Positions 37,072-47,366 of a DNA stretch of 48,490 bases are shown here, in pieces. Under the pieces are notes generated by a model that did not search any database, was not told where the DNA came from, and saw only the letters and a program-made list of their open reading frames with translations. Source of the DNA: Spirochaetales bacterium (GTDB lineage Bacteria > Spirochaetota > Spirochaetia > SZUA-6 > Bin103); assembly GCA_047515735.1 (NCBI GenBank), contig JAKZWC010000169.1, positions 1 through 48,490 of the forward strand, written 5' to 3'. A program made the translations under genes and the position numbers. The stretch's first letter is position 1, and every line of letters begins with the position of its first letter.

Positions 37072-38703
37072 TCAGCCATCGTCCGATGCAGAGCCGCCGG
37101 ACGCAGCGGCGAACGAAAAGTACATCACCACCGGGGAGCGGCTGACGTGAGTCGCCAGGAGGGTGACCGGATCCGGCTCGGCCGGGGTGAGGCGGATGCC
37201 GTTGCTGTCGTATTCCGCAAGCAGCGTGAGTTCCGCCGCCGGCTCGACCGGTGGCGAAACGTCGGCCGGGCCGCCGGCGTCGGGCTCAGCCTCGCCCGTG
37301 GCGGCAGCGGGGGCCACCGGACCCGCTTGACCGCCGGGATCGCCTGCGGCGGCGGAATCGCCGGCCGCCGCGCTAGCGTCGGCGCTGCCGCCCGTTCCCG
37401 GCGTTTCGGGCGCAGTTTCCGCTGCGCCAGCGTCGCCAGCGCTTGCGGACGCGTCCTCGGTGGCGGTGCTGTCGTCCTCGGAAGCGGCCGCAGCAGGGTC
37501 GTCGGTGCTGCCCGCCGCCGGCGCCGGATCGTCGCGGTCGAACAGAAAGGTGATGACCGTATCGTAGCCGCCGCCCTGCTCCGGTGCCGGCGCGTAACGA
37601 AACTCCACGCGGCCCGTGCCCGGCAGGCCCGCCGGCAACAGCTCCGGTATCAGGGCCTGGAAGCCGTGCCAGCGATAGCGCCGCTCCGGCCCCAGTTCGA
37701 TGGTGCCGTAGCCGCTGCTGTGCAACACGGCGCCGCGCTCCACCAGGTCGCTGTAGAGCCGGTCGCGGCGGGCCCGCTCCGCGGCGATCGACTCGGCGAC
37801 ATCGCGCGTCAGTTTCACGAACACCTGCGTCACCTGGCGTCCCGCGGCGGTGTAGGAAACCGACACCCGGTGCGCGCTGTGCACGATGAAACGCACCGAA
37901 CTGGAGGCATTCTCCATGCGCAGAACGTAGCGGCCCTCACCGACCCGCTCCACGGCCTGGTAGCGGAACTCGCGCGTGCCCGTCTCCGTGACCAGCCGGA
38001 ACAACCGCGCTGCCGGGTCGGGGAACAAGCCGTACGCGGCGCGAAATCGCCCCAGGTCGTAGCGGCCGGTGATCACCATGGCGCGGAAGTACTCGGGCCG
38101 CCAGATCGTGGCCAGCAGGTGCTCGAGGGTGGGATCGTCGGCGTGCAGCCGGGCTGCCTCCACCTGAGGATCGGCGCTCGTCTGGAATACCGGGAGAAAC
38201 TCCCCGAAGGTATACCCCGCGACGCCGGCTTCGGTGAGCACCTGGTACCAGTAGTTCTCGTACGCCCCGATCCGTTCCGGCTGCGCGGCCCGCTCCAGCA
38301 CCTTGGTCACTTCCCCCTCGCGCAGCTTGTAGACGATGTCGGCGGTGGCGGCGGCCTCGGCGCGCACCGGAAGACCGGCGCGGACAGCGTACCCATAGCT
38401 GTCGACGAACAGCGCGTAGCGCGCGGCGAACGCGGTTGCCTGCTCCGTATCGGGGAACACACGCACGCGCCAACGCTCCACCGATACCGGTTCCTCACGC
38501 CGGTCGCCGGCGGCGCTGCGGACCAGATAGTGGTCTTCGATGGAGGATTCCTCGATTACGTGGATGACGGCTCCCGCGGGCAGCGTGCTGCCATCGCTCC
38601 ACAGCACCACGCCATAGCCGCGCGGTGCCTGCCCGCAGGCGGCGAGCAGCAGCGCACATGCGCCTGCGGCGACTCCTTTGGTCCTGGCAAGCCGTGGCTT
38701 CAC
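37072..38703 (-). CDS. Hypothetical lipoprotein with acidic, Ala/Asp/Gly-rich low-complexity C-terminal half
   Basis: GTG 38703 forms a GTGA overlap with the upstream gene's stop. The N-terminus VKPRLARTKGVAAGACALLLAACG has a basic n-region plus an LLAAC lipobox. I recognised no family. The track start 38841 is unsupported. Confidence 0.55.
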   Translation of the reverse strand: MKPRLARTKGVAAGACALLLAACGQAPRGYGVVLWSDGSTLPAGAVIHVIEESSIEDHYLVRSAAGDRREEPVSVERWRVRVFPDTEQATAFAARYALFVDSYGYAVRAGLPVRAEAAATADIVYKLREGEVTKVLERAAQPERIGAYENYWYQVLTEAGVAGYTFGEFLPVFQTSADPQVEAARLHADDPTLEHLLATIWRPEYFRAMVITGRYDLGRFRAAYGLFPDPAARLFRLVTETGTREFRYQAVERVGEGRYVLRMENASSSVRFIVHSAHRVSVSYTAAGRQVTQVFVKLTRDVAESIAAERARRDRLYSDLVERGAVLHSSGYGTIELGPERRYRWHGFQALIPELLPAGLPGTGRVEFRYAPAPEQGGGYDTVITFLFDRDDPAPAAGSTDDPAAAASEDDSTATEDASASAGDAGAAETAPETPGTGGSADASAAAGDSAAAGDPGGQAGPVAPAAATGEAEPDAGGPADVSPPVEPAAELTLLAEYDSNGIRLTPAEPDPVTLLATHVSRSPVVMYFSFAAASGGSASDDG

Positions 38704-40082
38704 GCGCGCGACGCGACGGCGGGCTGTGCGCGGCGCGGCACCTGCAAGGTCTGGCCCGGGTGCAGCACGCTGCTCGACTGCAGTCCATTGGCGGCTGCCA
38801 GGGCCTCCACGGTGGTGTCGTGCAGGCGTGCGATACGCCACAGCGAGTCACCACCCGCTACCCGGTAGTCGGCCTCGAAGGGGCGGGTATCCCGCAGTTC
38901 GGGGAACCGCACCGTGGTCGGATCGAAACCGCGCAGCAACGGAATGAAGAGCCCCACCCCGACCGACATCCGGCGCGGACTCACCCCGGTGTTGTACCTG
39001 CGAATCAGGGCCACGCTCACTTCGAACGCTTCGGCCAGCTCGGACATGGTATCGCCGCTGCGAATGACGTGCCGGTGCAGCCGCACCAGCGAGCTGGCGG
39101 AGTCCTCCAGCACGGCGATCAGGCGATCGTGGGAGTCTGCCGGCACTTTCAACTGATAGGATGAGCCGGCGCTTCCCGGGGGAGTCAGGCCGTAGTTCAG
39201 TTCGGCGTTGGCCCGTTCCAGCACCTCGCTCGACACTCCGCTGAGATGGCTGAGCTGAAGCAGCTCCACGCCATCCGGCACCGTTACCCGCCGCCAGCTA
39301 TAGAGCTCGTGCACTGCCGGCGAGTCGCTGGCGGCGTAGCTGCGCAGCGCCAGCACCAGACCGTAGAAGCGCGGCACGAAGTCCCTGGTCTCGCGCGGCA
39401 ACAGGCCGCGGCGGCGCAACTCCCAGAAGTCGCTGGTGCCTGCGTTGCGCACGTCGCGGCGCACGCGGCCCTTCCCGGCGTTGTAAGCCGCCAGCGCCAA
39501 CTCCCAACTGCCCAGTTCGCGATGGTTGGCCTCCAGGATGCGCAAGGCCACGTCGGTAGCCTTCCAGAAGTCGCGCCGTTCGTCGATCAGCTCGTCGGTG
39601 ACGAGTCCGTAGAGCCGCGCCGTACCCCGCATGAGCTGCCAGAGACCGACCGCGCCCGCCGGCGAGGTGGCCCAGCCGCTATAATCGGACTCGATGGCCG
39701 GCAGGAACACCAACTCCGCCGGCATGCCGCGCTGCTCGAGCTGCTCAAGAATGTGATCGCCATAGAACGCGGTCCGCTGCAGGACCCGTTGCATCCACGA
39801 CCGCAGCGCGGCACTGCCGTAGCTGTCGGCATAGGAGGTCACGCGGGGATGGTCGGGAATATCCAGGGATGCAGGTATCATGTCCAGGAGATGCTGTGCA
39901 GCCGCCGGCATCGATCCTGCTGCCAGCAGCGTCGCAACCGCTATGGCGCGCCACGGCAGCATCCCGCGAGCGGCGGTGTACCTGCGGCCGGAGCCGCTGC
40001 CCGGCGCCTCTGGAACCGGTGACGCGACGGGACGCGCGCCAAGGTTACGTGATGTAAAGCAGCGTGCACTGTGCACAGTCAT
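38700..40082 (-). CDS. Lytic murein transglycosylase (SLT domain) with two C-terminal LysM domains, MltD-like
   Basis: SLT catalytic region LPAIESDYSGWATSPAGAVGLWQLM...AAYNAG. Two LysM repeats (HRHVIRSGDTMSELAEAF..., YRVAGGDSLWRIARLHDTTVEALAAANGL). ATG 40082 overlaps the upstream stop (ATGA). An alternative start is ATG 39962, just before the signal-like MLPWRAIAVATLLAAG. The track ORF to 40568 is over-extended. Confidence 0.8.
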   Translation of the reverse strand: MTVHSARCFTSRNLGARPVASPVPEAPGSGSGRRYTAARGMLPWRAIAVATLLAAGSMPAAAQHLLDMIPASLDIPDHPRVTSYADSYGSAALRSWMQRVLQRTAFYGDHILEQLEQRGMPAELVFLPAIESDYSGWATSPAGAVGLWQLMRGTARLYGLVTDELIDERRDFWKATDVALRILEANHRELGSWELALAAYNAGKGRVRRDVRNAGTSDFWELRRRGLLPRETRDFVPRFYGLVLALRSYAASDSPAVHELYSWRRVTVPDGVELLQLSHLSGVSSEVLERANAELNYGLTPPGSAGSSYQLKVPADSHDRLIAVLEDSASSLVRLHRHVIRSGDTMSELAEAFEVSVALIRRYNTGVSPRRMSVGVGLFIPLLRGFDPTTVRFPELRDTRPFEADYRVAGGDSLWRIARLHDTTVEALAAANGLQSSSVLHPGQTLQVPRRAQPAVASRA

Positions 40083-41176
40083 AGTTTCTCGCCAAAAAAT
40101 ATCCCCGCCCACTCCCAGCGACCATCGATTTCGGGGTCGGCCTTGAAATCGATGCGGCGGAAGTAGAGGTACCAGGTCTTGACCCGGTGCGACCAGCCGG
40201 TGGTACGCAGAAACGCCTCGCCGGCGTTGGAGTCGGGGTCCAACTCGTCGTCGAACCGGACCCGCGACAGGGGAAACGCCGACAAGTCGAACACCTGCGC
40301 GGCACTCTCGTCGGCTACCTGCTGCTCCCACGACATGGTGAAGAAGCCGGACTGGGAACGCAACCGGCGCAGCGCGCGCCGATCGCGGCGGCTGATGGCG
40401 CGCTTTATCTCCGCTACCAGCGAATCCAGGTCCTCCATCACCCAACTCTTGTCGGAGAAGTGGAAGTTCACCTTGTCGAGGACCTCGCGATGCACGTTGG
40501 GGAATCCCGGGATGTCGGTGGTCGCGTGCTGCAGATACACCCGGTAGGCCTGCACCGCCTGCTCCCATTCGCCGAGCGCCTCGTAGGAGCGGGCCAGAAA
40601 GAAGTGGCTGCGGCCGGGATCTATGGCGTCGCGAAAGCGGCCGATCAGTTCCTTGTACAGCTCCACCAGACGGTGAGGATCGCGTTCCAGCGCGATCAGC
40701 TCGGTGAGGGCCGCCAGGTGGATCGAGCGTCCCCGCACGAGAGCATCGGGATAGTTGAGCGTGCGCTCGTAGTAGTGTGCCGCCAGCGGCGCCGAGTCCA
40801 TCTCCCGATATCCCTCCGCCACGGACATGAGGTAGAAGGCGTTGTAGAGATCTGTCGGACGGGTCTCGACGTAGGTGGTGAGAAACAGCAGTTGACGACG
40901 CGGTGCTCCAGCGGCGCGCAGCAGCTTGGAGATCTCCTGCACGATCATGAACCGCTGTTCCGCTCCACCCGTCTCCTGCTCCAGCAATGCGAACAACTCG
41001 GAGATCTGGCGATCGTATTGGCGATTCCCGATCCGGTACTCAGGATAATCCCCGGTACATCCGACGAGCATCGCGCCCGCGGCGAGGACCAGCAGCGCGG
41101 CGGCCGTCCGGCAACAACCCTGCGTGACCGGAACGTGGTACTCACCATGCTTTGCATCGAGTGACATGCTCTTCAT
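40079..41176 (-). CDS. Hypothetical lipoprotein, TPR/helical-repeat-like
   Basis: Signal plus lipobox (AALLVLAAGAMLVGC). Helical-repeat-like composition (YLMSVAEGYREMD..AAHYYERTL; FFLARSYEALGEWEQAVQAYRVYL). No specific family recognised. Confidence 0.5.
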   Translation of the reverse strand: MKSMSLDAKHGEYHVPVTQGCCRTAAALLVLAAGAMLVGCTGDYPEYRIGNRQYDRQISELFALLEQETGGAEQRFMIVQEISKLLRAAGAPRRQLLFLTTYVETRPTDLYNAFYLMSVAEGYREMDSAPLAAHYYERTLNYPDALVRGRSIHLAALTELIALERDPHRLVELYKELIGRFRDAIDPGRSHFFLARSYEALGEWEQAVQAYRVYLQHATTDIPGFPNVHREVLDKVNFHFSDKSWVMEDLDSLVAEIKRAISRRDRRALRRLRSQSGFFTMSWEQQVADESAAQVFDLSAFPLSRVRFDDELDPDSNAGEAFLRTTGWSHRVKTWYLYFRRIDFKADPEIDGRWEWAGIFFGEKL

Positions 41177-41280
41177 GGCCTCAGTCGGTCACGGCGACGT
41201 CGTCCGGGTCACGGAGTAACCGTGCCCACTCATAGGCGACCTGCGTGACCGCGCGGCCACTATCGAGAGACCCGGTCGGG

Positions 41281-41877
41281 TTAGAAGGCTATCGAGACAT
41301 CGAGACCTGCGCTGAGCATGAACCCGGTAACGACGCCCTCTATGCCGTTCTCGTTCTGTATATCGGCGTCGTCATCCAAAAGGTCAAGTTCGGCAAACAC
41401 CCATTGGTGCCCCATACCGAGCCGAGGCGCCAGCGCGATCGGGCCCAGGAGCACTTGGTAGCCGATCTGGGTCACCACCCCGATCCGAAACCCCGTTACC
41501 TCTTCATTGATGCTGTCTCTGAGAAACAGATAGCCGGGCGCCACTCCCACGCCAGCGAAAAATCCTTCGGGAGCGCTGTCCTGCGGGTAATAGTTGGCAC
41601 CGATCTCGACATCGACCGACCAATACGTCCAGGTCTCAGGCACGAGATCTCGATACACCACGCTCCACTGGGGATTGAAGTACACCCCGCGCACGAAGAT
41701 GCTCAGGTCGTTCTGGAGAAGCTGTTGGAACGCTCCGCTGTAAATCCCGAACAGAGGCCCGCCGAGGTCGACGCCGATCAGGGTGTCGCGCTCGTCGGTC
41801 TGGGCGAAGGCCGGATGGACCCCCGTCAGTAACACTGCCGCGGTGATCACGGTGATGAAGAGAACTCGTCGTCGCAT
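41281..41877 (-). CDS. Small outer-membrane beta-barrel-like protein (hypothetical)
   Basis: Start ATG 41877 gives MRRRVLFITVITAAVLLTGVHPAFAQ (a cleavable signal peptide). The sequence has alternating hydrophobic beta-strand patterns and a C-terminal ...GLDVSIAF ending in Phe, as in many OMPs. Confidence 0.5.
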   Translation of the reverse strand: MRRRVLFITVITAAVLLTGVHPAFAQTDERDTLIGVDLGGPLFGIYSGAFQQLLQNDLSIFVRGVYFNPQWSVVYRDLVPETWTYWSVDVEIGANYYPQDSAPEGFFAGVGVAPGYLFLRDSINEEVTGFRIGVVTQIGYQVLLGPIALAPRLGMGHQWVFAELDLLDDDADIQNENGIEGVVTGFMLSAGLDVSIAF

Positions 41878-42076
41878 CGCGAACCTTGCTAGCATGGCCG
41901 AAACCGGCTCGTCAAGCCCCCTTGCCCGCAGCGCAGCGCGCACTTTGCATCCGGTAACAGGCACGCCAAGTTCGAGCTAACGGGCAAATGCCTCGCACCC
42001 GGCAAGCGGCACAAAGCAGACACGGTGTACGAAATTCCCCTGAAAACCTCCCGCAAACTACCGGCGAAGCTCACCT

Positions 42077-42124
42077 GCATAGTGCGCGGCGCATAGTGCG
42101 CGGCGCATAGTGCGTGGCGCATGA
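42077..42124. repeat. Tandem repeat, 14-bp unit GCATAGTGCGCGGC, about 3.4 copies
   Basis: Copies at 42077-42090 and 42091-42104 (both exact), 42105-42118 (one C>T change), then a partial GCATGA. Intergenic between two minus-strand genes. Confidence 0.85.
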
Positions 42125-42208
42125 CGTGCCAGCTTCGTATTCGTTGGATTCACGACACCTGAAACCGTGCCGGACGGGTTTCGTGAAGCGCAAGTTGCGA
42201 CGCGTTCC

Positions 42209-43285
42209 TCAGCCTAAACGCCAGGCGACTCCATGCTCGGCGGTGGCGGTTCTGAACCACTCGATCACCTCCGGGTGGTAGGGGATCCCGTGCTCGCGCC
42301 GCTCTGCCTCGGTACGCGCTTCGGGATACCCCGAGTAGAGCACCCTGTCCGCGCCGGAGACCGTGGGACACTCCAGCAGGTCGGTGAGGTACTGATCCAG
42401 ATCGGCCATGAACTCCTCCGGCTCCGAGAAGCTCGCAATGTCGTATGCCAGGAAGTGATGCACCGAGCCGGAGCGGCGTCTGGGACCGGCGCCGGAAGCG
42501 CACAGCACGCTGGTAAGGATCTCACCTATCACCGACAGGGCGTAGCCCTTCTGCGACCCGCCTTCCCGGGTCGAGCCGAGGGGCAGCAGCATGTACTTTT
42601 CCGGTATCGGAACCTCTTCCATGATCGGGTTGCCGTGCTCGTCGGTAATCCACCCCGGCAGCACAGTCTGCCCCAGACGCCTGGCCAGGGCCAGCTTGTT
42701 GCCGGCCACCACGCTCGGGGACGCGTCGTACACGAAGGGAGGGTTGCGCCGGGCCGGTGCCGCGAACGCCATGGCGTTGAGCCCGAGCAGCGGCTTGGTG
42801 CCGAACGTCGGGACCATGCCCACGCCGCCGGTGGTCGTGACCTGGCCCAGCATGCGGTGCTCCAGCGCCATGTGGGCGTAGTAGGAGCAGGGGCCGAGAT
42901 GGCGGCAGTTCGTCACCGATACCGAGCCGATGCCGAACTCGGCAGCTCGCCCGATGGCCTCGTTCATCGCCGCCGGAGAAACCACCATGCCGTGGCCGCC
43001 ATCGCCGTCGATCACGCAGGTGGCCTTGTTGTCGCGCACCATCCGCCACCGCGGGGCGGGATTGATGGCACCGCTCCCGAGCGACTTGAGGTAGCCCCGG
43101 AGCATGTTGCTGACGCCATGGGTGTCGATGCCGCGCAAGTCGGCGTACAGCAGCACGTCCGCCGTCTGCCGCGCATCGGCCTCCGGCATGCCCACCGCCT
43201 GCAGCAACTCCTCGGTAGTCCGGCGCACGTCCGCGGCCATGACCCGCACCGCGATCTCGTTGGGAACCTCGAACTTTTTCAGCAC
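42209..43285 (-). CDS. Ldh_2-family oxidoreductase (type-2 malate/L-lactate/ureidoglycolate dehydrogenase family)
   Basis: 358 aa. LLYADLRGIDTHGVSNMLRGY, GGHGMV and the overall pattern fit the Ldh_2 family. Confidence 0.85.
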   Translation of the reverse strand: MLKKFEVPNEIAVRVMAADVRRTTEELLQAVGMPEADARQTADVLLYADLRGIDTHGVSNMLRGYLKSLGSGAINPAPRWRMVRDNKATCVIDGDGGHGMVVSPAAMNEAIGRAAEFGIGSVSVTNCRHLGPCSYYAHMALEHRMLGQVTTTGGVGMVPTFGTKPLLGLNAMAFAAPARRNPPFVYDASPSVVAGNKLALARRLGQTVLPGWITDEHGNPIMEEVPIPEKYMLLPLGSTREGGSQKGYALSVIGEILTSVLCASGAGPRRRSGSVHHFLAYDIASFSEPEEFMADLDQYLTDLLECPTVSGADRVLYSGYPEARTEAERREHGIPYHPEVIEWFRTATAEHGVAWRLG

Positions 43286-43441
43286 GCTTGCCTCCGCACA
43301 CCGTCACCCTACCACACCAGCCACGCGTTCAGGCCACGCCGATGCCCGGAGAGCCGCGAACGCGGCCCGGCGGGCGGTTGAGCGGCGGCGAGTGCGCGGC
43401 TACACTCTGGCCAGCGTCGAGCGACGCCAAATGGAGGATGC

Positions 43442-44659
43442 GTGGGCCGATACATCACCATGACCAGTGCGGGGCTGCAGGTTCCCGACCGACCCCTCAT
43501 CCCCTTCATCGAAGGGGACGGCACCGGGCCCGATATCTGGGCCGCGGCGGTGCGGGTGTTCGATGCCGCCGTGACGCAGGCGTACGGCTCCGGGCGCGCC
43601 GTGGAGTGGGTGGAGGTACTGGCCGGCCAGAAGGCGTTCGACCGCACCGGAGACTGGCTGCCGGCGGCGACCGAAGACGCGTTTCGCAATCACCTCGTGG
43701 GTATCAAGGGCCCGCTCACCACGCCGGTGGGCGGCGGCATCCGCAGTCTCAACGTGGCACTGCGGCAACGTCTGGATCTGTACGTGTGTCTGCGGCCGGT
43801 GAAGTACTACCCCGGTGTCCCGTCGCCGGTGCGGACGCCGGAACGGGTGGACATGGTGGTGTTCCGGGAGAATACCGAGGATGTCTACGCCGGATTCGAG
43901 GTGGCGGCCGGCAGCGCGGAGGCAGGCAAGCTGCGGCAGTTCCTGCAGCAGGAGCTGGGCTGGTCCGTGCGGGCCGATTCCGGCATCGGCATCAAACCGA
44001 TCAGCCGCACGGGCACCGAACGCCTGGTGCGGGCGGCGATCGAATACGCCATCGACCACCGGCGCCGCAGCGTGACGCTGGTCCACAAGGGCAATATCCA
44101 GAAGTTCACCGAGGGGGCATTCCGCGAATGGGGCTACCAGGTGGCCGCCGAGCACTACCCCGAGCACACGGTCACCTGGGACGACATCGACGGCGAGATT
44201 CCGCCCGGCAAGATCCTGATCAAGGACACCATCGCCGACATCTTCCTGCAGCAGATACTGACCCGTCCGGCGGAGTTCGACGTGATAGCCACGATGAACC
44301 TGAACGGCGACTACATCTCCGACGCGCTGGCGGCGCAAGTCGGCGGCATCGGCATCGCTCCCGGCGCCAACATCAACTACCGGAGCGGTCATGCGATCTT
44401 CGAAGCGACCCACGGCACGGCGCCCAAGTACGCGGGCAAGAACGTGATCAATCCGTCGTCGGTCATCCTGTCCGGTATGATGCTGTTCGAGTACCTCGGT
44501 TGGAACGAAGCGGCACGCCTGATCGACGGCTCCCTGACCCGCACCATCGGCGAGCGCTACGTCACGTATGACTTTGCCCGCCTGATGGAAGACGCCACGC
44601 AGGTGACCACCAGCGAATTCGCCGACCGCCTCATCGCCCACATCCGCGCTGCCGAGTGA
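43442..44659 (+). CDS. icd: NADP-dependent isocitrate dehydrogenase (homodimeric type)
   Basis: GTG 43442 is preceded by GGAGGA (43432-43437). Motifs [45 protein letters not shown] and [10 protein letters not shown] are present. Confidence 0.95.
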   Translation: MGRYITMTSAGLQVPDRPLIPFIEGDGTGPDIWAAAVRVFDAAVTQAYGSGRAVEWVEVLAGQKAFDRTGDWLPAATEDAFRNHLVGIKGPLTTPVGGGIRSLNVALRQRLDLYVCLRPVKYYPGVPSPVRTPERVDMVVFRENTEDVYAGFEVAAGSAEAGKLRQFLQQELGWSVRADSGIGIKPISRTGTERLVRAAIEYAIDHRRRSVTLVHKGNIQKFTEGAFREWGYQVAAEHYPEHTVTWDDIDGEIPPGKILIKDTIADIFLQQILTRPAEFDVIATMNLNGDYISDALAAQVGGIGIAPGANINYRSGHAIFEATHGTAPKYAGKNVINPSSVILSGMMLFEYLGWNEAARLIDGSLTRTIGERYVTYDFARLMEDATQVTTSEFADRLIAHIRAAE

Positions 44660-46839
44660 CACCGACGGTTCGTAGCGGCCGTTCGGCCGGCGCCGGCAGG
44701 CCACGGTCCGCGCTACGGCGTTGGCTGTGGGCACTGCTCCTGGGGGCCGGCACCGTGGTCAACGTATCGGGCCAGGACCTGCCCAGCGCGATCGCCGCAG
44801 CAAGCATCGAGCAAGTGGTGCCGGCCGGAGACCGGCATTACGCTCGCAGCCGCCGCGCCGGCGTGTTCGCGTCCCTGGACGGAGGGCGCACTTGGCAGCC
44901 GCGCAACGCCGGCCTGCCGCACCGCGTGGTCCATCCGTTCCCCCAACCGCCCGAGTATCGATTCATCACCTCCCTCGGGGTAGATCCGCGCGATCCGCTG
45001 CGGGTGGCCGCCACCACCGCCCGCGGCCTGTACCTGAGCGAGGACGGGGGCGTGTCATGGCAGGCGCTACCCATCGCCGAGCCGATACGCCCCAATGCCT
45101 ACTTCACCAGCGTGGCGCCGTCGCCGCATCACCCCGACGCCCTGCTGCTCGGCACTTCGTTCCACGGAGTGTACGAGACCACCGACCGCGGCGCGAGCTG
45201 GCAACACCTCTCCTCCGCGATCCGCTTCCTCACCCATGACGCCCTCTACTACGAAGAGGTGGCGGCAGTCAGCTACGATCCTGCTGTGCCGGACGCCATT
45301 GCCCTGCTGGCCGGCTTCGATGACGGAGTCTTTTACAATCCCGACCGGCATGCGTGGCGCGACCGCGCGGACGCGGACTGGTGGCAGCACTATCCGATGC
45401 CGTCGGCGGCCGCCACGCACCTGACCTACGTGCCGGCAGGCGATGGGTGGGTCCTGGAGGCCGGTACCCGCCGCTCCCGTTGGTGGCTCGCCGGCGACGG
45501 CACCTGGACCCCGGCAGGCGTACGGCAACCGGTACCGGCGGCTGCCGGCAGCGCCGCGCCGTCGATCGCCGCGGACGCCGGCACCCCTCCGGACCGCCCC
45601 CGCCCAGTGTCGGCTCCCGGTGTACCCGCCGCGCCACCGCCGGCACCCGACCGGCCGTACGCTGCGCCAGCACGCGCCACCTTACCGGACTACGCTCCGG
45701 CGCCCGGCCCGCTGGCCCATGCAGCGCAACGCCACGGGATCTACCTGAGCGCGTGGAGCGCGGCGGCGCGGCTGCCGGAGTTCCTGGAGTTCCTGCAGGA
45801 GCACGGCCTCAACTCGTTCGTGGTCGACCTGAAGGACGACAGCGGCTACCTGACCTACGATTCGGAACTGCCGTTGGCCCACGAGCTGGGTGCGGTACAT
45901 GGGCCTATCAAGCTGGATGAGCTGCTGGCCGAGGCGCACGCCGCGGGCATGTACGTCATTGGGCGGCTGGTGGTGTTCAAGGACCGGTTACTGTACCGCT
46001 GGCAGGATCATCGCCTGGCGGTCTGGGACCGGGAACAGGACTCTCCCTGGCGTCAACTCATCCCGGTGGCCCCGGCGCGAGGCACGACAACGGAGGACAA
46101 CGGCGCCGCCGCGGACGCCGACGGCGCGGCCAAGGAGACAGCCACCGAGCCGGAGCCGGCCACGGAGCAGCGCGAGTTCTGGGTCGACCCATACGCAGCC
46201 GAAGTCTGGGCGTACAACGCTGCAGTGGCCGCCGAGCTGGCCGGGCGCGGTGTGGACGAGATTCAGTTCGACTACATTCGCTTCCCCTCCGACGGTCCCG
46301 TCGAGCGCGCCGGGTACCGCCACCGGCGTCCTGGAATGACCAAGATCGACGCCATCGAGTCGTTCCTGGCCCTGGCCCGGGAGCAGGTCCGCGTGCCTAT
46401 CAGTACCGACCTGTTCGGATTCAACTCCTGGTACCGCAGCGGCAACTGGATCGGCCAGAACATCGAAATCCTGTCGGAGTACGTCGACGTAATCAGCCCG
46501 ATGTTCTATCCGTCGCACTTCCCGAACGACTTCATGAGCGACCGCAGCTATCTGGAACGTGCCCATGACATCTACGAGCAAGGGGTGAGCCGCGCGCGCC
46601 ACATGGTCCAGGGACGGAGCTACATCCGCCCCTACGTCCAGGCTTTCCTCATCGGCGGCGAACTGCGCATGGAAGAGGACGAATACAGCCGCTACCTGAC
46701 ACGGCAGCTCGAGGGCAACCGCACCGCGGGCGGCACCGGCTTTACCCTGTGGAACGCATCGAATCGGTACTACATGGTCACCGAGCCTTTGCGACCCTAC
46801 CTGAGTCAGCACGGTCACTCCGCGACAGGAAGACCATGA
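44656..46839 (+). CDS. Secreted fusion protein: N-terminal BNR/Asp-box repeat region plus C-terminal putative glycoside-hydrolase-like TIM barrel (DUF4015-like)
   Basis: GTG 44656 overlaps the icd stop (GTGA). Signal-like N-terminus. Three Asp-boxes ([24 protein letters not shown]). A Pro/Ala linker, then HGIYLSAW...[18 protein letters not shown]...[10 protein letters not shown]...WVDPY...[13 protein letters not shown]. Confidence 0.7.
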   Translation: MTPTVRSGRSAGAGRPRSALRRWLWALLLGAGTVVNVSGQDLPSAIAAASIEQVVPAGDRHYARSRRAGVFASLDGGRTWQPRNAGLPHRVVHPFPQPPEYRFITSLGVDPRDPLRVAATTARGLYLSEDGGVSWQALPIAEPIRPNAYFTSVAPSPHHPDALLLGTSFHGVYETTDRGASWQHLSSAIRFLTHDALYYEEVAAVSYDPAVPDAIALLAGFDDGVFYNPDRHAWRDRADADWWQHYPMPSAAATHLTYVPAGDGWVLEAGTRRSRWWLAGDGTWTPAGVRQPVPAAAGSAAPSIAADAGTPPDRPRPVSAPGVPAAPPPAPDRPYAAPARATLPDYAPAPGPLAHAAQRHGIYLSAWSAAARLPEFLEFLQEHGLNSFVVDLKDDSGYLTYDSELPLAHELGAVHGPIKLDELLAEAHAAGMYVIGRLVVFKDRLLYRWQDHRLAVWDREQDSPWRQLIPVAPARGTTTEDNGAAADADGAAKETATEPEPATEQREFWVDPYAAEVWAYNAAVAAELAGRGVDEIQFDYIRFPSDGPVERAGYRHRRPGMTKIDAIESFLALAREQVRVPISTDLFGFNSWYRSGNWIGQNIEILSEYVDVISPMFYPSHFPNDFMSDRSYLERAHDIYEQGVSRARHMVQGRSYIRPYVQAFLIGGELRMEEDEYSRYLTRQLEGNRTAGGTGFTLWNASNRYYMVTEPLRPYLSQHGHSATGRP

Positions 46840-46864
46840 AATCGACACACCGAGAGGAGATACG

Positions 46865-47320
46865 ATGAAACAGCGCATGGTTCCCGCGTCGGTACAGGCG
46901 TACGCGGCGGCGATCCTGGCCAGTGCCGCGCTGCTCGCGGGCTGTGTCACCGCCTCGCCCGAACTGGTGGAGGGGCTGACCCCCGCGGAGTACTTTCAGA
47001 GGGCGCAGGAAGCGACGGCGCAAAACGATTACGGACTCGCTCTGCGGTGGTATGCCGCGTTCCGCGAACGGTTCGCGGACGATCCGCCGCCGCAGCAGAT
47101 GGCGCGCCTGGTATGGGCCGAATACGAAACGGCGTTTCTGCACTACAAGATGGGCGACGACGAGACTGCGCTCCGGCTGCTGCACGCACTCGTGCGCAGT
47201 TACGAACAGCCGGCGGCGGCCGCCTACCCGGACGGCCCCCGCGTTCTGGCGCTGCGAGTGATCACCGAGCTGGACCCTGCGGCGGCGGCCGCCGAGGAGG
47301 CCGCCGCAGGGCAGCAATAG
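46865..47320 (+). CDS. Small lipoprotein with TPR-like helical repeat
   Basis: GAGAGGAG Shine-Dalgarno before ATG 46865. Lipobox LLAGC. AEYFQRAQEATAQNDYGLALRWY...AEYETAFLHYKMGDDETALRLL is TPR-like. Confidence 0.6.
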   Translation: MKQRMVPASVQAYAAAILASAALLAGCVTASPELVEGLTPAEYFQRAQEATAQNDYGLALRWYAAFRERFADDPPPQQMARLVWAEYETAFLHYKMGDDETALRLLHALVRSYEQPAAAAYPDGPRVLALRVITELDPAAAAAEEAAAGQQ

Positions 47321-47366
47321 CCCGGCGCCCTGAAAGCGTGCCGGACGGCGCGCCGTTGACAGGGGC

